From the NCBI GenBank assembly GCA_965197475.1, contig CBDANF010000003.1, positions 1,600,001 to 1,664,000 of the forward strand: a stretch of DNA of 64,000 bases, read 5' to 3'. Made by a program: the position numbers and the translations under genes. The stretch comes from Candidatus Poribacteria bacterium. GTDB lineage: Bacteria; Poribacteria; WGA-4E; WGA-3G. Shown piece after piece: positions 39,814-49,929 of this stretch. How positions within the stretch are numbered: position 1 is the first letter of the stretch; the number at the start of each line of letters is the position of its first letter. The notes beneath the pieces are model-generated. The model saw only the letters and a list, made by a program, of their open reading frames with translations. It had not been told where the DNA came from and ran no database searches.

Positions 39814-41394
39814 TTACTGCGTCTGTGCCTCCTCTTCAATCAACTGTAAGGTTGCAGTTTTGACTTCCTGGACAAAGTCTTGTATTTCACCGTTATGATT
39901 AGCGTCTCCAACCGCTGGCGTGTTTGTTTTAGTATCTACTTTTTGTACCACTTGGTTCACAGACACTTTCATCGGATCCAAAAACGAATTCGGATGCACA
40001 CCAATCCAGACGATGAACAGAAGTATCGGTAACAGTACAACGATTTCGCGCGGTTTCAGGTCAGGCAAAGATTCGTTCGTCTTGTCCGGTGTTCCAAACA
40101 TGACGCGTTGGAACATCCATAGCATATAAACTGCTGCCAGAATCACGCCCGTTGTTGCGAAAACTACGTACCATTTTGAGAACGCTCCGCCAACAAAACT
40201 ACCGAGTAGAATCATAAATTCGCCGACAAACCCGTTCAAACCGGGCAATCCGATGGACGACAGCGTCACAATCAGAAAGAAGGTAGCGAAAATAGGCATT
40301 CGCTTTGCTAATCCACCGAAATCAACAATCATTCGGCTATGCCTGCGTTCATAAATCATGCCGACTAAGAGAAATAGCGCGCCCGTGCTTAACCCGTGAT
40401 TGATCATTTGCAAAACGCTTCCCTGTATACCCAAATGACTTTGTGAAAAGAGACCTAACACAACAAAACCGAGGTGACTCACACTGGAATATGCGACCAG
40501 TTTTTTCAAATCCGGTTGTACCATTGCTACTAATGCCCCGTAGATTATGCCGATAACTGCCAGTGTCACTATCAACGGGGTGTAGTCCGCTGCTGCTTTT
40601 GGAAAAAGAGGTAAGCAGAATCGTACTATTCCGTAAGTACCCATTTTGAGCAGCACGCCTGCAAGGATTACACTTCCTACAGTGGGAGCTTCAACGTGTG
40701 CATCCGGTAGCCAGGTATGGAATGGGAAGAGAGGAACTTTTATAGCAAAAGCAATGAAGAATGCAAGGAATAGCATGTGGGAATGCTCAAATGGACCGCT
40801 GAGTGTTGTTAAGTCAAAACTATTACCGTTCTGGAAATAAAGTGCTAAAATGCCAACTAACATTAGCGCACTACCTGCCATTGTATAAAGGACGAACTTG
40901 ATAGTGGCATAAATCCGACGTTCCCCACCCCATATTCCGATAAGGAAATACATCGGGATCAACATCGACTCCCAGAATACGAAAAAGAGAAATAGGTCTA
41001 AAGAGCAGAAAACACCCAACATACCTGTTTCCAGTGCAAGGAGCGACATCATAAAACCGCTCAAGCCTTTCTCTACTGAATTCCATGCTGCGAGAATACA
41101 CACCGGTGTCAGGAAAGTTGTAAGTAGCACTAACCACAACGAAATGCCGTCAATACCGATGTGGTAACTTGTACCTAAATCACTAACCCACCCCAGTTTC
41201 TGGTAGAGTTGTGGGTTATTTTGGAATCCGATTATTTCCGCATCAAACCCAGTGTAAAGCCCCAGCGAGATAGCAAATGTCAACAAACTAACGACAAGTG
41301 CGATGCCTTTAATAGCAGACGCGCCTAATCCTCTGAGCAATGCAATCGCTATTACGCCGAGAAGTGGTAAAAAAATAACTATTGAGAGTAGCAA
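39814..41394 (-). CDS. nuoM: NADH-quinone oxidoreductase subunit M
   Basis: FFVFWE, KVPLFPFHTWLPDAHVEAP, LLKMGTYG motifs. Confidence 0.97.
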   Translation of the reverse strand: MLLSIVIFLPLLGVIAIALLRGLGASAIKGIALVVSLLTFAISLGLYTGFDAEIIGFQNNPQLYQKLGWVSDLGTSYHIGIDGISLWLVLLTTFLTPVCILAAWNSVEKGLSGFMMSLLALETGMLGVFCSLDLFLFFVFWESMLIPMYFLIGIWGGERRIYATIKFVLYTMAGSALMLVGILALYFQNGNSFDLTTLSGPFEHSHMLFLAFFIAFAIKVPLFPFHTWLPDAHVEAPTVGSVILAGVLLKMGTYGIVRFCLPLFPKAAADYTPLIVTLAVIGIIYGALVAMVQPDLKKLVAYSSVSHLGFVVLGLFSQSHLGIQGSVLQMINHGLSTGALFLLVGMIYERRHSRMIVDFGGLAKRMPIFATFFLIVTLSSIGLPGLNGFVGEFMILLGSFVGGAFSKWYVVFATTGVILAAVYMLWMFQRVMFGTPDKTNESLPDLKPREIVVLLPILLFIVWIGVHPNSFLDPMKVSVNQVVQKVDTKTNTPAVGDANHNGEIQDFVQEVKTATLQLIEEEAQTQ

Positions 41395-41527
41395 AAAGTA
41401 ACTCCTTTAATGTGTGGTGCAGCCTTAGCACCCGAAAAAAAACAAGTCCGAGCCAAATTGGGCCTGGAGAAAAACCTAATTTGACATTTATATGATGTAC
41501 ACCTTAAACACGGACATTTTCAAATTA

Positions 41528-41953
41528 CTAACAATCCAATAATAAAAGTAATAGACCTACCCATGACCAAAAGGTGTAATCTCGTTCTTCCTTCGCTAAT
41601 AGTTCACGGCGACGTTTTGAGAAGAAATTAGGAGGCGGGTGTCTCCGGCACCAAGCCATCAGCTGACGATTGAATGCAGTAATTTCCTCATCTGATCTAT
41701 TGCAGTTATCCAAAACCCACGCGCCTAATCTGACATTATTGGTATACTGGACAGCTGCTCCTTGAAAAGCATCCGCTGAAATACCTAAGAAGGATAAAAT
41801 GTGCGTATCCTGCTTGGAGTCAACACCGTATTTGTAAACACCAGTCTTTCCTGCATGTGCGGCTCGTGCTTTGTCTGCCATCCTTGCAACACCACGTATT
41901 CCCGCGACCTCTTTGTTAACAATGTTCCGCGGTCGAAAAGTCTTCTGCTTCAT
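41528..41953 (-). CDS. DUF5069 domain protein
   Basis: GVARMADKARA...YKYG..D..ILSFLGIS pattern. Confidence 0.75.
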   Translation of the reverse strand: MKQKTFRPRNIVNKEVAGIRGVARMADKARAAHAGKTGVYKYGVDSKQDTHILSFLGISADAFQGAAVQYTNNVRLGAWVLDNCNRSDEEITAFNRQLMAWCRRHPPPNFFSKRRRELLAKEERDYTFWSWVGLLLLLLDC

Positions 41954-42071
41954 CTTCTTCCTCCGTTAGTATTTTGAAAAAAGAAAGATTGTGGAAACTG
42001 CACCAAATCACGAAACAATCAAATAACAAAATTTCCTTCTAATAGGCAAGTTTTAACAAAACTGCCAATTA

Positions 42072-42497
42072 CTATCTTTTGAAGATTTTCCAAAATACCC
42101 ACCAAAAAGGTGACAGCCAAATTGGAAAAGGCGGTTCTCCATCAGTTAATTCGTGGCGGCGTTTTGAGAAGCCGTTCTGCGGCATTTTACGCTGCCACTG
42201 AATTTTTAACTTACGGTTGAACGCGGATATTTCCTCAGATGACCTATCACAATTCTCCAAAATCCACGATGCCAGTTTGACATCGTTCTTAATTCGCGCA
42301 GCAGCCTCAAAAAAAGTATCTGCTGAAATACCGAGGAAGGACAAAATACCACTATCTTGCTTGGAATCAGTACCGTATTTATAACTTCCAATTTCTCCAG
42401 CATGGGCAGCTCGTGCCTTATCTGTCATCCTTGCAACACCGTAGATACCAGCAACTTCTTTGTTGAGTAAATCTCGTGGTCGAAAAGTATTCGGCAT
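42072..42497 (-). CDS. DUF5069 domain protein (tandem paralog)
   Basis: GVARMTDKARA, same length as its neighbour, shared 21-bp RBS region. Confidence 0.75.
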   Translation of the reverse strand: MPNTFRPRDLLNKEVAGIYGVARMTDKARAAHAGEIGSYKYGTDSKQDSGILSFLGISADTFFEAAARIKNDVKLASWILENCDRSSEEISAFNRKLKIQWQRKMPQNGFSKRRHELTDGEPPFPIWLSPFWWVFWKIFKR

Positions 42498-42548
42498 CGT
42501 TTTCTTCCTCCGTTAGTATTTTTCCATAAAAGGAAGGTTTTCAAAACA

Positions 42549-43706
42549 TTAGAACGCCATATTACATTGATGATACTTTCCTAAAAGTAATTTGAAATAT
42601 ATATCAAGTTTGGGTTCCACCTGCTCCTTCTCTATCGGATCTATCTGAAAGTGTTTTTCCAAAAAAGGATGGTGTCTAATAGTATCACTGATGAAACAGT
42701 GTTTATATTGCTTGAAAAGCTTATCATCAATAGGAACATCGCAGTTCCCAAAGTAGAAGGGTAGCCTATGGAGGTTTCTTTTGAACACATCAACATAAGC
42801 ATAATAATCCAGCTTTTTTTTGTCAAGGACAATCGTGTTATTGCTATAGTTTTGGACAAAAGTCCGATTCCTTTTTAATGCGTTAATATCTCTCATTGTC
42901 CAGAAAAACAGCGAATCATCAGATAACGGTTGATGCTTTTTGCTGGGATATTTGCGTATATAACTTGTGATATAATCAAAATCACTAAGGCAGAAACGAG
43001 TCCCGTCTACTATTCTAAATGGGAAGGAACGGATATAATCGTATTCCATTCCCTTGTTATCACGTTGATAAAATCCAATAATAATTGGAAAAGGTGTATG
43101 TTTAGCCGATTCCGGAAATTCCCCACTACTAATAAGTATGCCATCTATCAATTTATAATTTGCAGTAAAATCCTTTAATTGTCTGAAATTAGTTTGTTTA
43201 ATTAAGTAGGATAATGGATGCAAAATACAGATAAAGTCCGCTTCAAGTTTATTATAGGAACGGAGAAATGATATGCCCAAATCACGACTTGCTATATCTT
43301 CATCAACGTCAAAATCAACATGTTTAATCTTTTTACGAATAAGCGAAGTTTTATCATTATAGGGTGGGTTTCCTACAACTATCAGTCTTGTGGACTGCTG
43401 AGGAATACCAAATTTTTCCCTTGAAACGTTGCATAAAGAGTTTGTCCGAAAGAACCGGACTTTATCCGTGTTCTTTCTTGCTGTATCTATTGCATCTTCG
43501 TCTATATCACACCCGATTGTAAGAGACTGCCCATAATTTTTTAGAAAATCTCCGTATCCACATGCGCTGTCAATTATGGTAGTCTGTGAATCTATGTATG
43601 ATTCAATTAATCCCCATGCTAACTCCACAATTTTAGGTGGCGTATAATAACTCCCCAAGTTGACCCTATCTTTATATTCTAAATGTTCTTGACTCATTTT
43701 CAGCAA
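42549..43706 (-). CDS. N6-adenine DNA methyltransferase (orphan)
   Basis: GSYYTP, DSACGYG (motif I) and VGNPPY (motif IV), AT-rich. Confidence 0.85.
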   Translation of the reverse strand: MLKMSQEHLEYKDRVNLGSYYTPPKIVELAWGLIESYIDSQTTIIDSACGYGDFLKNYGQSLTIGCDIDEDAIDTARKNTDKVRFFRTNSLCNVSREKFGIPQQSTRLIVVGNPPYNDKTSLIRKKIKHVDFDVDEDIASRDLGISFLRSYNKLEADFICILHPLSYLIKQTNFRQLKDFTANYKLIDGILISSGEFPESAKHTPFPIIIGFYQRDNKGMEYDYIRSFPFRIVDGTRFCLSDFDYITSYIRKYPSKKHQPLSDDSLFFWTMRDINALKRNRTFVQNYSNNTIVLDKKKLDYYAYVDVFKRNLHRLPFYFGNCDVPIDDKLFKQYKHCFISDTIRHHPFLEKHFQIDPIEKEQVEPKLDIYFKLLLGKYHQCNMAF

Positions 43707-43716
43707 TTAAATCCTT

Positions 43717-43747
43717 TAGGACTTACACACAAATTGCGTAAGTTCTA
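43717..43747. repeat. minimal copy of the AGGACTTACGCA TIR family
   Basis: TAGGACTTACACA-caaat-TGCGTAAGTTCTA between nuoL and the methyltransferase. Confidence 0.65.
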
Positions 43748-43755
43748 ACAATCAC

Positions 43756-45666
43756 CTAAGCAAAAAACAGATAGTATGCAAGGAATAACACGATTCCCAC
43801 AACCATTGACACAATATATGCTTGGACAAGTCCTGTTTGTAGCCGTCGTAAGATGCCTCCAATTAATCGGATAAGTGAAGCCACACCATTGACAATTCCG
43901 TCAATAACCCCAGTATCAAAAAGTTTCCACAACAGAAAGTGAGAAGCGTTTTTGATCGGCTGAACGATAAAAGTATTGTATATCTCATCAACATAGAACT
44001 TGTTCGCAACAAGTTTCTGTAATGCGTTAGTAGGTTCCGCAGAAGGAACTCGATCTTTATAGCGCGCCCATGCAAACGCAATACCTGCCAAACCGACGAT
44101 TGTTGAGATTCCCATAAACAGCCATACGTTCCCGCCGGCTTCCTCGTGTGTATCAACCACGTGTGCTGCTGCAGAAAAAACGTTTTCTGTGAAGTGGTGG
44201 AACCAACTCTCATGTCCGCCCCATCCTAACAGTAAACCGATAAGTGCAGAAGGAATAGCGAGTATAGCCAACGGAATCCACATCACTGCTGGTGATTCAT
44301 GTAGATGTGATTCAACATCTGATTCTACGCGCGATTTACCGTAAAAAGTTACGAAAATGAGGCGGAACATATAGAACGCTGTCAGGAATGCTGTGACTAA
44401 TCCGATGATGTAAATTATTTTTGAACTTCCCCACGCACTGTGCAGAATTTCGTCCTTGCTCCAGAACCCGCTTAGGAATGGGGCACCTGCAATTGCCAAC
44501 GCACCGACCAAGAATGTGGCATGGGTAATCGGCAGTTTTTTTCGCAAACCGCCCATTTTTCGTATGTCTAATTCATTTGCCATTGCGTGCATCACACTAC
44601 CAGCGGTAAGGAACATTAGTCCTTTAAAGAACGCATGTGTTACTAAGTGAAAAATACCGGAAGCATACGCTCCGACACCGACACCGACAAACATATAACC
44701 GAGTTGACTAACGGTGGAATATGCGAGAATTCGTTTGATATCGTTCTGTTTGAGGGCGATTATTGCGGCGAACAAAGCGGTTAACACCCCTATCCACGCG
44801 ACAACCTGTCCAGTATGTGCGATCTCATATAGCAAAGCGGAGCGTGCGATCATATAGACACCCGCGGTAACCATTGTAGCGGCGTGTATTAACGCACTGA
44901 CAGGGGTAGGACCTTCCATTGCATCCGGGAGCCATACATAAAGCGGAATCTGTGCCGATTTACCGATTGCTCCAACGAAGAGGAGTAAGGTCGCCAGCAT
45001 AATTCCGTTTACTCCGAAAACTTCCACAGCACTTTTTGCCTCTGCGTCCGAGAATATTGTCGTGAAATCGAGGGTGTTGAACACAAAGAACAACGTGAAC
45101 ATTCCAAGTAGGAAGCCGAAATCACCAATTCTGTTGACAATAAACGCCTTTTTACCGGCATCGGTAGCAGACTGCTTCTCATACCAGAAGCCTATCAACA
45201 GATAGGAGCAGAGTCCAACGCCTTCCCATCCAACAAACATCATCAAGTAGTTGTTGCCGAGAACGAGGATTAACATTGCGAAAACAAACAGATTTAGATA
45301 CGCAAAATAGCGGGTATACCCTTCATCGCCGTGCATGTATCCGATTGAATATACATGGATGAGAAATCCAACACCTGTGATAACCAACAACATCACAGTC
45401 GTCAAAGCATCAACATGAAATCCGATGTTGAAATTGAACACTGTGCCTGAAATCCATTTATAGAGGATCTCATCCTCAAGCGTATTTCCACCCTGAACAC
45501 TAACAAAGGCGATAATTGAACAGATTAAGGAGACAAGCACCGCAAGCGAACTGATCGCGCCGCTCAGTTTCTCCTTACCTTTTAACCATTTGCCAAACAA
45601 CCCGTTAATCAAAAACCCAACCAGTGGTGCAATTAACAGGACAATAATCAGATGTTTAAGTGTCAT
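43756..45666 (-). CDS. nuoL: NADH-quinone oxidoreductase subunit L
   Basis: GWEGVG and KSAQIPLYVWLPDAMEGPTPVSALIHAATM motifs. Confidence 0.97.
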   Translation of the reverse strand: MTLKHLIIVLLIAPLVGFLINGLFGKWLKGKEKLSGAISSLAVLVSLICSIIAFVSVQGGNTLEDEILYKWISGTVFNFNIGFHVDALTTVMLLVITGVGFLIHVYSIGYMHGDEGYTRYFAYLNLFVFAMLILVLGNNYLMMFVGWEGVGLCSYLLIGFWYEKQSATDAGKKAFIVNRIGDFGFLLGMFTLFFVFNTLDFTTIFSDAEAKSAVEVFGVNGIMLATLLLFVGAIGKSAQIPLYVWLPDAMEGPTPVSALIHAATMVTAGVYMIARSALLYEIAHTGQVVAWIGVLTALFAAIIALKQNDIKRILAYSTVSQLGYMFVGVGVGAYASGIFHLVTHAFFKGLMFLTAGSVMHAMANELDIRKMGGLRKKLPITHATFLVGALAIAGAPFLSGFWSKDEILHSAWGSSKIIYIIGLVTAFLTAFYMFRLIFVTFYGKSRVESDVESHLHESPAVMWIPLAILAIPSALIGLLLGWGGHESWFHHFTENVFSAAAHVVDTHEEAGGNVWLFMGISTIVGLAGIAFAWARYKDRVPSAEPTNALQKLVANKFYVDEIYNTFIVQPIKNASHFLLWKLFDTGVIDGIVNGVASLIRLIGGILRRLQTGLVQAYIVSMVVGIVLFLAYYLFFA

Positions 45667-45669
45667 TTT

Positions 45670-45975
45670 TTACCCTTTCAGCGAATTAACCTCATCCACA
45701 TTAACCGTTTCCCGATGTTTAAAAACACTTACAATAATTGCTAATCCAATTGCGACTTCGGCAGCAGCAACAGCCATGACAAAAAAGACAAACAACTGTC
45801 CCTCAACTTGACCGAGGCTACGACTAATTGCTACAAAGGCGAGATTCGCTGCATTCAGCATTAGTTCAATACACATAAAGATGATAATCGCGTTTCTGCG
45901 GATGAGGACACCGATTACGCCTGTTGTAAACAGAAGTGCACTTAAAACGAGATAATATTCTAAATCTAATGGCAT
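45670..45975 (-). CDS. nuoK: NADH-quinone oxidoreductase subunit K
   Basis: [10 protein letters not shown] and [11 protein letters not shown] motifs. Confidence 0.96.
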   Translation of the reverse strand: MPLDLEYYLVLSALLFTTGVIGVLIRRNAIIIFMCIELMLNAANLAFVAISRSLGQVEGQLFVFFVMAVAAAEVAIGLAIIVSVFKHRETVNVDEVNSLKG

Positions 45976-46014
45976 ATAAAATCCTTTTATCTAAATATAT
46001 TGTAGGTGCCCTTG

Positions 46015-46557
46015 TTAGTTTTCGGCTTGGTTTTCACGTTTTACCAACACGATGACACCTATCAATGCTGCCAACAAAATAAGTGAGGTAACTTCAAACG
46101 GTAAAAGGTAATCCGTGAACAAAAGATCACCAATTTTATAAGTTGTGATCGGTTCCTGTAAGAGAGCAGCTGCCTTTTCCTTCGCTTCCTCGGATGCGAC
46201 AGCAGTATTTTTTAACGCATTCACGGCTATATAAATACCTTCTGCAGCCAAAAGGATACCCAAGACTATCGCAATACCTTTCAGTTTTCCTGTCATAACC
46301 CCTTTCGCAGAAAGTGTGCCGAGGTTCAGTAGCATAATCACAAAGAGGAACAGCACCATAATTGCCCCAGCATACACAATTACTTGAACAGCAGCAACGA
46401 AGTGTGCGCCTAAAAGCACAAACAATCCCGCTTGTGCAAAAAACGTAACGATAAGAGAAAGCGCACTATAAATCGGGTGCCGAAAGGAGATAACAGCAAT
46501 CGCACCAATTAGCGAGACTCCCCCAAACATGAAAAATAATATCATTTCTGCATTCAT
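46015..46557 (-). CDS. nuoJ: NADH-quinone oxidoreductase subunit J
   Basis: QVIVYAGAIMVLFLFVIMLL and YLLPFEV motifs. Confidence 0.96.
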   Translation of the reverse strand: MNAEMILFFMFGGVSLIGAIAVISFRHPIYSALSLIVTFFAQAGLFVLLGAHFVAAVQVIVYAGAIMVLFLFVIMLLNLGTLSAKGVMTGKLKGIAIVLGILLAAEGIYIAVNALKNTAVASEEAKEKAAALLQEPITTYKIGDLLFTDYLLPFEVTSLILLAALIGVIVLVKRENQAEN

Positions 46558-46567
46558 TGCACGTCTC

Positions 46568-47758
46568 CTATTCTATTGCGTCTAAGCCGCGTAGTGGTGA
46601 TGCAGCAGGAGTGGTCTGCGCTGCAGATTTACTGTTATTATCCATCGCAAGCATCCCAGCTACTATTGATACAACGATAAACGCTGCAACCACGTTGCCG
46701 ATACCTATCCAAAGACGATTACCGTTCGTTGCTATCCATAAGGTACCAGTAACAACGATTGATGTTAGCGCAACGGGCAACAGGAATTTCCAACCTAAAT
46801 TCATCAGTTGATCGTATCGGAATCGTGGAAGTGTCCAGCGAACCCAAATAAACACGAACAGGAAAATGCCCGTTTTGGCAAAGAAGATAGCAAATGAGAT
46901 AACTCCACTCCATATAGGTCCGCCCATATTTTCCAATCCAAAGAAATGCCATCCACCTAAGAAGAGCGTTACCGTCACTGCAGAACCGACAATCATGTTC
47001 ATATATTCAGCCATAAAGAATATAGCGAATTTCATACTGCTATATTCGGTATGATACCCAGCGACAAGTTCCTGTTCCGCTTCCGCAAGATCAAACGGCA
47101 ATCGGTTCGTTTCCGCGAACATAGCAGTCGTAAAGGCAAGAAATGCAGGGAAGTGTATCAGGAAGTTCCATTTCCACGGATATGGACCCTGTTCTACAGC
47201 GATTGTACGAAGACTGAGCGATGAGGAGAGCATTAGAATACCGATAATTGCCAACCCGAGTGTCAACTCGTAACTAATCATTTGTGCTGATGAACGTAAG
47301 CCACCTAAAAGCGAGTATTTATTATTTGATGCCCACGCACCTATAACAACACCGTACACACCGAGGGATGATATCGCCAAGATATACAGAATACCGATGT
47401 TTATGTCTGCAATCTGGAGATTGATAGTTTGTCCAAACAGTTCAATTGTACCTCCAAACGGTACGACTGCAATGGTAATCATAGCCGGTACCAGGAGCAT
47501 TGCGGGGGCAAGTACGTAGAGTGGCTTATCTACATGATTTGGGATGAGGTCTTCTTTAAACAGGAACTTAATCCCATCTGCGATAGGTTGGAGTAGTCCT
47601 TGCGGTCCGACGCGATTCGGTCCGAGCCGATCCTGCATCCATCCACTCACCCGGCGTTCTGACCAAATCATTGCCATCACACCGATAATTAGCAGATGGG
47701 CAATAAAAAGAATTTTGATAATTGGAATAATTATATGTTCTACTAACTCTATGTCCAT
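46568..47758 (-). CDS. nuoH: NADH-quinone oxidoreductase subunit H
   Basis: QDRLGPNRVGP, AETNRLPFDLAEAEQEL, PRFRYDQL motifs. Confidence 0.97.
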   Translation of the reverse strand: MDIELVEHIIIPIIKILFIAHLLIIGVMAMIWSERRVSGWMQDRLGPNRVGPQGLLQPIADGIKFLFKEDLIPNHVDKPLYVLAPAMLLVPAMITIAVVPFGGTIELFGQTINLQIADINIGILYILAISSLGVYGVVIGAWASNNKYSLLGGLRSSAQMISYELTLGLAIIGILMLSSSLSLRTIAVEQGPYPWKWNFLIHFPAFLAFTTAMFAETNRLPFDLAEAEQELVAGYHTEYSSMKFAIFFMAEYMNMIVGSAVTVTLFLGGWHFFGLENMGGPIWSGVISFAIFFAKTGIFLFVFIWVRWTLPRFRYDQLMNLGWKFLLPVALTSIVVTGTLWIATNGNRLWIGIGNVVAAFIVVSIVAGMLAMDNNSKSAAQTTPAASPLRGLDAIE

Positions 47759-47800
47759 AATTTCTCCTTCTTGATGACGCGCATTATTGAAGTTATAGGC

Positions 47801-49438
47801 TTAAGCCAACTTAATTCCCGCATCTCCAATATTTTGATGTGTTGCGTCACCATATCCCGCTACATTTTCTGCAATTGCGATCGCTATCTCGCCAGCGAAA
47901 TGGTAGTCAATCTCACCACCCAGCTGCTTCGCAAGTTGCTGTGTAATTTCCCAATCAACCTTGGCTTCACCTGGTGGATCAATCGCTTTGCGAATCCGTT
48001 GTACCCATCCTGTTGAATTGGTGAAGGTGCCGTCTTTTTCAGCGAAAGTTGTCCCCGGTAGCACTACATCGGCTAACTGTGTAATCTCTGATGGCAAAAT
48101 ATCTTGTACGATGAGGAAATCAACCTTTTCTAATGCATCTTTTTCGGCATCTTCAAGAAAACGTTCAGGCGCACCGCTAACAAGATATACAACCTTCACA
48201 CCTGCAACCTTTTCCCAGAGTGCATCGCCTTCTAAAACAACATTTCCATTAGCAGAACCGAGTATTGTTCGCGCACCCGCTGTGTTTGGATTCTTGTCCG
48301 CTTCAATGGTAAATTGTGGGAATTTATGTTCTTCACCGGGCAGCTGCCCAAAAAGTCCCAACGGCGTTGTTTTCAATACATCGTGTGCGAACTGCTGCAG
48401 GACGTAGTTATCTTCATTCGTGCCTTGTGCAGATCCAACAACCACAATATCTTTAGCATCAGTTTCCGATAATTTTTCAGAAATCAGAGTCAGCGCATCT
48501 GCCCATTGTGTTGTGGCGAGTTCACCGTCAACCCGTTTGAGCGGAAGTTGGAGTCGATCGTCGCTGTTGACATAGTGGTAACCGAGCCTCCCATCATCAC
48601 ACATCCAGTGTTGGTTAATATCTTCATGGTAACGGGGTTTGATGCGGTAGAGTCCATCTGTTTTATACTCAACCGTGACGTTACAACCGACACTGCATCC
48701 TGTACAGATGCTATCTGCCTTTTCCATAAACCACGGACGAGATTTGAAAAGGAAATCCTTGCTAATCAATGCACCGACAGGACAGATATCAACGACATTT
48801 CCTGCAAGTTTATTATCAAGCAGCTGGATGGGTGTTCCCTCATGGCTTCTCGGAATGTCAATTTCGTCGTGAGAACCGCGATTTATCAATCCAAGTTCAC
48901 CACTACCTGAAACTTCCTCACAGAATCGAATGCACCGCGTACAAACGATACAACGTGTTGAATAGAGCAGCACATCCGGTCCCAAATCCTTCTTCGGTGG
49001 AACGTTTTTGACTTCCAGATACCGACTCTTATCGTGTCCATGCCGATAACTAAAGTCTTGCAAATCACATTCGCCTGCCTGGTCACAGACGGGGCAATCA
49101 AGCGGGTGATGTACGAGCAGAAATTCAAGGATATCCTCTCTCGCCTTTATAACACGGGGACTATCTGTCCGAACAATAATGTCATACTTTCCATCCAGTT
49201 TTTTCTCTGGTGGAGCGGATCGGACGGTCGTTGTGCAGCCCGTTGCTAATTGTCGCTCTGGCATCTCCGAACTTCTAAGGTAAACGTCAATGAGACACAT
49301 TCTGCAATTCGCTGGACGGCTCAATCCTGGATGATAACAGTAGTGAGGCACCTCAATGCCGTGTTGCCTTGCAATCTCAACTACATTTGTTCCGTCTTCA
49401 ACCTCTACTTCAAGGTCATTCAGTTTAATAAATGCCAT
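47801..49438 (-). CDS. nuoG: NADH-quinone oxidoreductase subunit G (short form)
   Basis: PHYCYHP, CRMC, HPLDCPVCDQAGEC, CIVCTRC, CTGCSVGC motifs. Confidence 0.93.
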   Translation of the reverse strand: MAFIKLNDLEVEVEDGTNVVEIARQHGIEVPHYCYHPGLSRPANCRMCLIDVYLRSSEMPERQLATGCTTTVRSAPPEKKLDGKYDIIVRTDSPRVIKAREDILEFLLVHHPLDCPVCDQAGECDLQDFSYRHGHDKSRYLEVKNVPPKKDLGPDVLLYSTRCIVCTRCIRFCEEVSGSGELGLINRGSHDEIDIPRSHEGTPIQLLDNKLAGNVVDICPVGALISKDFLFKSRPWFMEKADSICTGCSVGCNVTVEYKTDGLYRIKPRYHEDINQHWMCDDGRLGYHYVNSDDRLQLPLKRVDGELATTQWADALTLISEKLSETDAKDIVVVGSAQGTNEDNYVLQQFAHDVLKTTPLGLFGQLPGEEHKFPQFTIEADKNPNTAGARTILGSANGNVVLEGDALWEKVAGVKVVYLVSGAPERFLEDAEKDALEKVDFLIVQDILPSEITQLADVVLPGTTFAEKDGTFTNSTGWVQRIRKAIDPPGEAKVDWEITQQLAKQLGGEIDYHFAGEIAIAIAENVAGYGDATHQNIGDAGIKLA

Positions 49439-49482
49439 AAATATTACTCCAATGTGTTCCTACCAGGGAAGTTAAGCTTACG

Positions 49483-49893
49483 TCAACTTAACATTTTTTC
49501 AAGTGACTCAATTTTCTCCCGCAAAGCCTGAATCTCCGTTGCTTGTGCTTTTATGGTATCGTCTTGTTGTGTGCGTCTGTTCTGCTGATATGCAATGAGG
49601 ACTAATGGCACACCTACAAAGGCTATAAGCGCGCCGATGAGTGTTATTATCAATGTTGCATGAAAGTCTAACCTTTTGCTTTGATCTGCGATGCGTTTCT
49701 CTAAATGCCCTTCAATTTCGGTGATACGCTTCTCCAAACGCACTTCAGTTTCGGTGATACGTTTCTCTAAACGCACCTCAGCCTCGTTAACAATCTGGCG
49801 GATCTTCTCTAAATCCTCAACACTCAGTTCCGCAGCCACGACAGTGCTCAGGCATAAAAATCCCATAATGGTAAAAAACAACGTCTTCATCAT
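49483..49893 (-). CDS. hypothetical coiled-coil membrane protein with 3 x 11-aa repeat
   Basis: Signal peptide, EVRLEKRI repeats (33-bp units at 49690-49788), TM helix. Confidence 0.75.
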   Translation of the reverse strand: MMKTLFFTIMGFLCLSTVVAAELSVEDLEKIRQIVNEAEVRLEKRITETEVRLEKRITEIEGHLEKRIADQSKRLDFHATLIITLIGALIAFVGVPLVLIAYQQNRRTQQDDTIKAQATEIQALREKIESLEKMLS

Positions 49894-49929
49894 AGATGTT
49901 CCTTGGGCGATCGCCAGTTATGTCCTACA

